From contig CAMHJE010000003.1 of NCBI GenBank assembly GCA_946185305.1, forward strand, positions 10,081 to 74,080: a stretch of 64,000 nucleotides of DNA. The letters run 5' to 3'. This document shows, piece after piece, positions 58,415 to 64,000 of the stretch. The notes under the pieces are model-generated. The model was given only the letters and a program-made list of their open reading frames with translations, searched no databases and had not been told where the DNA came from. This DNA is from an uncultured Clostridia bacterium (GTDB lineage: Bacteria; Bacillota; Clostridia; Christensenellales; CAG-138). The translations under genes and the position numbers were made by a program. The first letter of the stretch is position 1, and each line of letters opens with the position of its first letter.

Positions 58415-59848
58415 ATGAAAGTATCTGAAATCGCAAAAGAGCTGAACGCGGCCTATATCGGCGGCGACGCAGAGATCACCTCCGTTACCTACGATTCCCG
58501 CCGCGTCACGGAGGGATGTCTCTTTTGCTGCCTGGTCGGACTCGTTTCCGACGGACATACCTTTGCAGCGCAGGCGGCGGACAAGGGTGCGGCGGCGCTG
58601 CTGGTGCAGCGTCGGCTGCCGATCGAGCTGCCGCAGATCATCGTGCCTGACGGCCGCAAGGCCATGGCACTTGCGGCGGCTTGCATTTACGGCCACCCGG
58701 AGCGCGAAATGATGATGCTCGGCGTGACCGGCACGAACGGCAAGACGAGCACAACCTATATGGTCAAGGCCATTGCCGAGCATGCGGGCTTAAAAGTCGG
58801 GCTGATCGGCACGATCCAGAACATGATCGGCAATGAGGTCATCGAGACCGGCCGCACGACGCCCGAAAGCGCGGACCTGTTCGCGCTGCTGCGCCGCATG
58901 GCGGACGAGGGCACCGATCTGTGTGTGATGGAGGTTTCGAGCCATGCGCTTGTGCAGGATCGCGTCTACGGCATCCCGTACCGCGTGGCGATGTTCACAA
59001 ACCTTACGCAGGATCATCTCGACTACCACAAGACGTTCGACAATTATCTGAACGCGAAAAAGCTGCTGTTCTCGCAATGTGAGATTGCGGTGATCAACCA
59101 CGACGATCCGCATGCCGAGCGCATCATGGAGGGGCTTGAATGTCCGATTTATACCATCGGCATCCATACGCCCGCGAGCTTCAACGCGTCGAATATCGAC
59201 ATTAAGACCTCCGGCGTGCGCTTCCTTTTGCGGACGCCGAAGGGCGAAAGCATGGTGAACCTGAAGATCTCCGGCCTGTTCTCGATCTACAATGCGATGG
59301 GCGCGGCGGCGATGATGCAGCTTTGCGGCTTTTCGATGAAGGACATCGTCGGCGGACTGGAGCAGCTGGACGGCGTGGCGGGACGGCTGCAGGCCGTGGA
59401 CACCGGCGACAAGCCGTATACCGTCTACGTCGATTACGCGCACACGCCCGACGCGCTCGAAAATGTGCTTTCGACTGTGCGCGGCTTTGCCAAGGCGCGT
59501 GTGGTGGCGCTGTTCGGCTGCGGCGGCGACCGCGACCGCGCCAAACGCCCGCTGATGGGCGAGATCGCGGGGCGGCATGCGGATTACGTGATCGTCACAA
59601 GCGACAACCCGCGCTCCGAAAGCCCGGAATCCATCGTCAAAACGATCGAGGACGGCGTGAAAAAGACGGGAGTGCCGTACACGGTGATCGTGAACCGAAA
59701 AGAAGCGATTGCCTACGCGCTGGACAATCTGCAGCCCGACGATATTCTTGTCATTGCGGGCAAGGGACATGAGAATTACCAGGAGATCAAGGGCGTCAAG
59801 TATCACTTTGACGACAAAGAGGTAGTGGAGGAGCTCCTGCGGGGATAA
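58415..59848 (+). CDS. murE: UDP-MurNAc-tripeptide synthetase (mDAP type)
   Basis: GTNGKTS, MEVSSH, DYAHTPD, DNPR, AGKGHE. Confidence 0.96.
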   Translation: MKVSEIAKELNAAYIGGDAEITSVTYDSRRVTEGCLFCCLVGLVSDGHTFAAQAADKGAAALLVQRRLPIELPQIIVPDGRKAMALAAACIYGHPEREMMMLGVTGTNGKTSTTYMVKAIAEHAGLKVGLIGTIQNMIGNEVIETGRTTPESADLFALLRRMADEGTDLCVMEVSSHALVQDRVYGIPYRVAMFTNLTQDHLDYHKTFDNYLNAKKLLFSQCEIAVINHDDPHAERIMEGLECPIYTIGIHTPASFNASNIDIKTSGVRFLLRTPKGESMVNLKISGLFSIYNAMGAAAMMQLCGFSMKDIVGGLEQLDGVAGRLQAVDTGDKPYTVYVDYAHTPDALENVLSTVRGFAKARVVALFGCGGDRDRAKRPLMGEIAGRHADYVIVTSDNPRSESPESIVKTIEDGVKKTGVPYTVIVNRKEAIAYALDNLQPDDILVIAGKGHENYQEIKGVKYHFDDKEVVEELLRG

Positions 59849-59860
59849 TGCGCCTGCGGG

Positions 59861-60841
59861 ATGAGGGGCATGTACGGAGTTATTTTACATTCGCTGTCGG
59901 CGCTGCTGACAGCCTTTGCGCTGGCGGCGGTGCTCGCGCCGGTATCCATTCCGATGCTGCGTTCGCTGAAGGAGCCAAAGGCGGAGAAGGCGGGCGGGCT
60001 GCCGACGATGGGCGGCATGATCCTGTTCGGCGCGGCGCTGATCGGCTCGCTGCTGTGGGCGCGGGACAGCTATGCGTTTCTGCTCCCCGCGCTGCTGCTG
60101 ACCGCCCTGATGGGCATGGTCGGTTTTGCGGACGATCTTTTACAGGCGCGCATCGGGAGCGGGCTTGTGCTGTGGCAGAAGCTGACGCTGCAGGGCGTGA
60201 TCGCGCTCGGCTTTGCGGTGCTGTTTTATTTGATGGAAAACGTCGGGCCTGCCGTATGGCTCGACTGGGGCACGCTCGGCTTTTTCTACGTACCGCTGGC
60301 GGCGGCGTTCATCGTCGGAACCGTCAATGCGGTGCGGCTGACCGAGGAGGTCAACGGCCTGCCTTTGGCGGCGGGCGGCACGGGCGCGCTGCTGTGGTGC
60401 GCGCTGCTCTGCATGCTGGTGCAGACCGCGACGCCGGTGAAAAACAGCGCGCTGCTGCTGAGCCTCGGCGATCTTGCGGTGTTCGGCGCGGCGATTGCCG
60501 GCGGGGCGTTGGGCCTGCTGCTGTATAATTCGCCGCCCGCGCGACTGCGCATCGGGGAGACCGGCGCATACGTGCTCGGCGGGGCGCTGGCGGCGCTCGC
60601 GCTGCTGAGCCGCACGGCGCTTGCCTTGCCGCTGCTCGGCGTCGGGTTTGTGGCGACGGGGCTTTCGGTCGTTGTGCAGATCGTGTCCTATCGCATGGGC
60701 AAGGCCGTGTTTCGCGCGGTGCCGTTCCATCGGCAGCTGGCGGCGATGGGCATGCCCGAATCGAAAATCATTATGGTCTACGCGATCTTCACCGTTGTCG
60801 GCGGCGCGGCCGCCATGCTGATCGCGTGGTTTACAAAATAA
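59861..60841 (+). CDS. mraY: MraY-like translocase with degenerate catalytic motifs
   Basis: PTMGG, GFADD retained; NAVRLTEEVNGL, RIGETGA, PFHRQL replace canonical motifs; dcw position. Confidence 0.7.
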   Translation: MRGMYGVILHSLSALLTAFALAAVLAPVSIPMLRSLKEPKAEKAGGLPTMGGMILFGAALIGSLLWARDSYAFLLPALLLTALMGMVGFADDLLQARIGSGLVLWQKLTLQGVIALGFAVLFYLMENVGPAVWLDWGTLGFFYVPLAAAFIVGTVNAVRLTEEVNGLPLAAGGTGALLWCALLCMLVQTATPVKNSALLLSLGDLAVFGAAIAGGALGLLLYNSPPARLRIGETGAYVLGGALAALALLSRTALALPLLGVGFVATGLSVVVQIVSYRMGKAVFRAVPFHRQLAAMGMPESKIIMVYAIFTVVGGAAAMLIAWFTK

Positions 60842-60860
60842 AAGGTTTAGTGGAGGGATT

Positions 60861-62213
60861 ATGGAACGACAGAAAACGGCATTGATCGTCGGCATGGCAA
60901 AGAGCGGCATTGCGGCGGCAAGGCTTTTGTATCAGGACAATTACCGCATCATCATCAACGACATGAAGCCGGAGATCAAGGGCCTTTTTGACCAGCTGTC
61001 CGGCATCGCCTACGAGGTCAAGCTCGGCGCAAACCCGATGGATCTCTTGGACGGCGTCGATCTTCTGGTTCCGAGTCCGATCATTCCGATGACGCGCGAC
61101 TTTATCGTAGAGGCCAAGCGCCGCGGGATCGAGGTCATTTCGGAAATCGAGCTCGGCTATCGCTATGCCAAGGCGGACTTCGTCTGCATCACCGGTACGA
61201 ACGGCAAGACCACCTGCACGGCGCTGACCGGCGAGCTTTTCAAGGCCGCAGGCAAAACGACTTACGTGCTCGGCAATATCGGCGTTGCGATTTCGGCGCA
61301 TGCGCTCGAAACGAAGCCCGGCGATATCGTCGTGGCGGAAACCGCCGCGCTGCAGCTGGAGGGCAACAGCCGCTTCCACGCGATTGCGGCGGGCGTCTGC
61401 AACATCACGCCCGACCACCTCGATCACTTCGGCACGATGGAAAACTACATTGCGGCCAAGGCGAAGATTCTGGACAACCAGACCGAAAACGACTATGCCG
61501 TGCTGAACTACGACGACGATACCGTGCGCGATTTTGCCCGGCTCACGCCCGCGCATGTGCTGTATTTCTCCCGTAAATCCGAGGTCGAGCAGGGCATGTT
61601 CCTGCGCGGCAATACGCTCGTCTACCGCATCGGCGACAAGGAAGGCGAGCTGATGGATGCGCGCGATATCCGTATCCCCGGCGGGCATAATCTTGAAAAC
61701 GCGATGCTGTGCGCGCTCCTCGGCCTGTCGCAGGGGATCGCGCCGGAAACCATCGTCGAGGTGTTCAAGACGTTCCCCGGCGTAGAGCACCGGATCGAAT
61801 ACGTCTGCACGCGCGGCGGCGTCGATTACATCAACGATTCCAAGGGCACCAACCCGGCTTCGACGGTGCGCGCGATCGAGTCGATGAAAAAGCCGACCGT
61901 GCTGCTGCTCGGCGGCTATGACAAGCATATCAGCTTCGACGAGCTGTTCGAGGCGTTCACGCCGATCGTCAAGGCGTGCGTCGTGATCGGCGACACGCAG
62001 GCGCAGATTCTGGAAACTGCGGCGCGCTTCGGCTATGCCGATCTGTGCCGCACCGCCGATTCGTTCGGCGAAGCCGTCGATCTGTGCAGAGCGCTGGCAA
62101 AGCCCGGCGACGCGGTGCTGCTGTCTCCGGCCTGCGCGAGCTGGGACATGTTCGACAACTATGAGCAGCGCGGGCGCGTATTCAAGCAGATCGTCCGTGA
62201 ATACGCGGATTGA
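60861..62213 (+). CDS. murD: UDP-MurNAc-L-Ala:D-Glu ligase
   Basis: GTNGKTT, NITPDHLD, HRIE, NDSKGTN, SPACASWDMF. Confidence 0.96.
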   Translation: MERQKTALIVGMAKSGIAAARLLYQDNYRIIINDMKPEIKGLFDQLSGIAYEVKLGANPMDLLDGVDLLVPSPIIPMTRDFIVEAKRRGIEVISEIELGYRYAKADFVCITGTNGKTTCTALTGELFKAAGKTTYVLGNIGVAISAHALETKPGDIVVAETAALQLEGNSRFHAIAAGVCNITPDHLDHFGTMENYIAAKAKILDNQTENDYAVLNYDDDTVRDFARLTPAHVLYFSRKSEVEQGMFLRGNTLVYRIGDKEGELMDARDIRIPGGHNLENAMLCALLGLSQGIAPETIVEVFKTFPGVEHRIEYVCTRGGVDYINDSKGTNPASTVRAIESMKKPTVLLLGGYDKHISFDELFEAFTPIVKACVVIGDTQAQILETAARFGYADLCRTADSFGEAVDLCRALAKPGDAVLLSPACASWDMFDNYEQRGRVFKQIVREYAD

Positions 62214-62243
62214 AGCTGACAATACAGAACGGAGAGCAAATGC

Positions 62244-63410
62244 ATGGAAGCCATCCCGGTCAAACGAGAACAACGCACAAAGGCGCGCGGCTATAAGCTG
62301 TTCGGCACGTCGCAGGGAAGGATCGACTTTTCGATCCTGCTTGTCGTGTCGATTTTGTGCGCGTTCGGCCTTGTGATGATCTTCTCCGCAAGCTATTATT
62401 ACGCACAGCATTATTCCGGCACGAACCACGACGGGTTCTATTACCTCAAGCGGCAGGCGCTGTACCTGCTGATCGGGTACCCGGTCATGCTGCTGCTGTC
62501 GATGCTGAACTATCGCGTGATTCAAAAGCTGAACGTCGCGGCGCTGCTGTTTTCGATCGCGCTGCTCGTTCTGGTGCTGCTGATCGGGCAGAACAAAAAC
62601 GGCGGAAAACGCTGGCTTGAATTTGCCGGCGTTTCGATTCAGCCGTCCGAGGTCGCCAAGTTCGGCATGATGATCTTCATGTGCGCCTACATGTCCAAGC
62701 ACCGCAACGAAATGCACACGTTCCGCAACGGCATGCTGCCGATGCTGATCGTCATCGGCTTTATCTCCGGTTTGATCATTTTACAGCCGAATATGTCGAT
62801 GGCCGTTATCGTTGCGTTCCTCGGCGTCGTACTGCTGTTCCTCGGCGGCTGCGATATCCGACCGCTGATTGTTGTCGGCATCCTCGGTATCATCGCTGTG
62901 TTCGCGTTGGCGTATATCGCGCCGTATCGCTGGGCGCGCGTGACCTCGTTTCGCAACCCGGAGGAGGACCCGCTCGGCACCGGATATCAGCTGCTGCAGT
63001 CGTTCTACGCCATCGGCTCCGGCGGGCTGTTCGGCAAGGGCCTCAACAACAGCTATCAGAAGATGCTGTACATGACCTACGGCGAATCGGACTTCATCTT
63101 TGCCATTTTGTGCGAGGAGTTCGGCTTTGTCGGCGGCACGCTGATTATCGCGCTGTATGCGTTTATCGTGTGGCGCGGGATGCGCGTTGCCATCAAGTGC
63201 CGCAACCGGTTCGGAAGCCTGCTCGCCGCCGGTATCTCCATCGTTTTCGGCTTCCAAGTGTTCGTCAACATCGCGGTCGTGACCGGGCTGATGCCCACGA
63301 CCGGGCAGGCGCTGCCGTTCATTTCGGCGGGCGGCACGCAGCTGCTGGTGTTCCTTGCCGCTATGGGCGTGCTGCTGAATATTTCCCGCGACGTAAACCC
63401 GAACGACTGA
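62244..63410 (+). CDS. ftsW: SEDS protein FtsW/SpoVE
   Basis: KRWL, QPSEVAK, GYQLLQS, SDFIFAILCEEFG, LPFISAGG. Confidence 0.92.
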   Translation: MEAIPVKREQRTKARGYKLFGTSQGRIDFSILLVVSILCAFGLVMIFSASYYYAQHYSGTNHDGFYYLKRQALYLLIGYPVMLLLSMLNYRVIQKLNVAALLFSIALLVLVLLIGQNKNGGKRWLEFAGVSIQPSEVAKFGMMIFMCAYMSKHRNEMHTFRNGMLPMLIVIGFISGLIILQPNMSMAVIVAFLGVVLLFLGGCDIRPLIVVGILGIIAVFALAYIAPYRWARVTSFRNPEEDPLGTGYQLLQSFYAIGSGGLFGKGLNNSYQKMLYMTYGESDFIFAILCEEFGFVGGTLIIALYAFIVWRGMRVAIKCRNRFGSLLAAGISIVFGFQVFVNIAVVTGLMPTTGQALPFISAGGTQLLVFLAAMGVLLNISRDVNPND

Positions 63411-63490
63411 TTCCGACGCCGTTCGCGGTTTTACGCACGTTTTGCCCCTGTATTGCATAAGATGCAGTATCTTTTTGAGGGGGCAAGGCT

Positions 63491-64000
63491 ATGGCAATTT
63501 GGACGATCACAGGCGGCACGCGGCTATGCGGCGAGGTGCGGGCGCACGGGGCCAAGAATGCGGCGCTGCCGATCCTGGCGGCGACGGTGCTGATCAAGGC
63601 GCCGGTCACGCTGGATAACTGTCCGCCGCTGTCGGACATTGAGGACATGTGCGAGATTTTGCGCACGCTCGGCTGCACGGTTGTGCGCGAGGGCGATACC
63701 GTCACCGTGGACGCATCGACGGCGACGCACGGCAATCTGCCAGAAGCGCTGTCGCACCGCGTCAGAAGCTCGGTGTTTTTGCTCGGCTCGCTGCTATCGC
63801 GCTTCGGCGCGGCCTGCGCGCCGTATCCGGGCGGATGCGAGATCGGCAACCGGCCGATCGACCTGCATCTGTACGCGCTGCGCGCCTTGGGCGTGGCCTG
63901 CCGCGAAACCGACGGCCGGATCTGCGCCGAGGCGACAAAATTACAGGGCGGCACGATCGACCTCGATTATCCGTCGGTCGGCGCGACCGAAAACGCCATG
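63491..64000 (+). CDS. murA: UDP-GlcNAc enolpyruvyl transferase (partial, runs off window end)
   Basis: Manual translation: GAKNAALPILAA, RSSVFLLG, PGGCEIGNRPIDLHL, PSVGATEN. Confidence 0.95.
   Translation, partial: MAIWTITGGTRLCGEVRAHGAKNAALPILAATVLIKAPVTLDNCPPLSDIEDMCEILRTLGCTVVREGDTVTVDASTATHGNLPEALSHRVRSSVFLLGSLLSRFGAACAPYPGGCEIGNRPIDLHLYALRALGVACRETDGRICAEATKLQGGTIDLDYPSVGATENAM

Overview
High-GC (roughly 58-60% by eye) spore-forming Bacillota chromosome segment, Clostridia-like (taxonomy inferred), spanning the replication origin. recR-ybaB-dnaX lie divergent from dnaA-dnaN-argF, with oriC (DnaA boxes plus DnaA-trios) between dnaA and dnaN and a parS site inside dnaX. Downstream are a NitT/TauT ABC pair, GDPD/GH36/RCC1-phosphodiester glycosidase genes, Pro/Thr-stalked exported proteins, yabO-ispDF, an AT-rich GIY-YIG gene, uvrA, spoIIR-sleB-ypeB, NlpC/P60, WYL, an MreB-family gene, yihA, DUF1538/P-II and topo IV-like parE/parC. 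An accessory island follows (three XRE HTHs, a 5'-broken CBM-LRR protein, an unannotated 40-aa YxxP lasso-precursor-like peptide, a P/T-rich protein), then a reduced dcw cluster without mraZ, murF or murG and with a catalytically degenerate MraY. No rRNA, tRNA, CRISPR or transposase was seen. All calls are from motif recognition by eye; no database searches were run.
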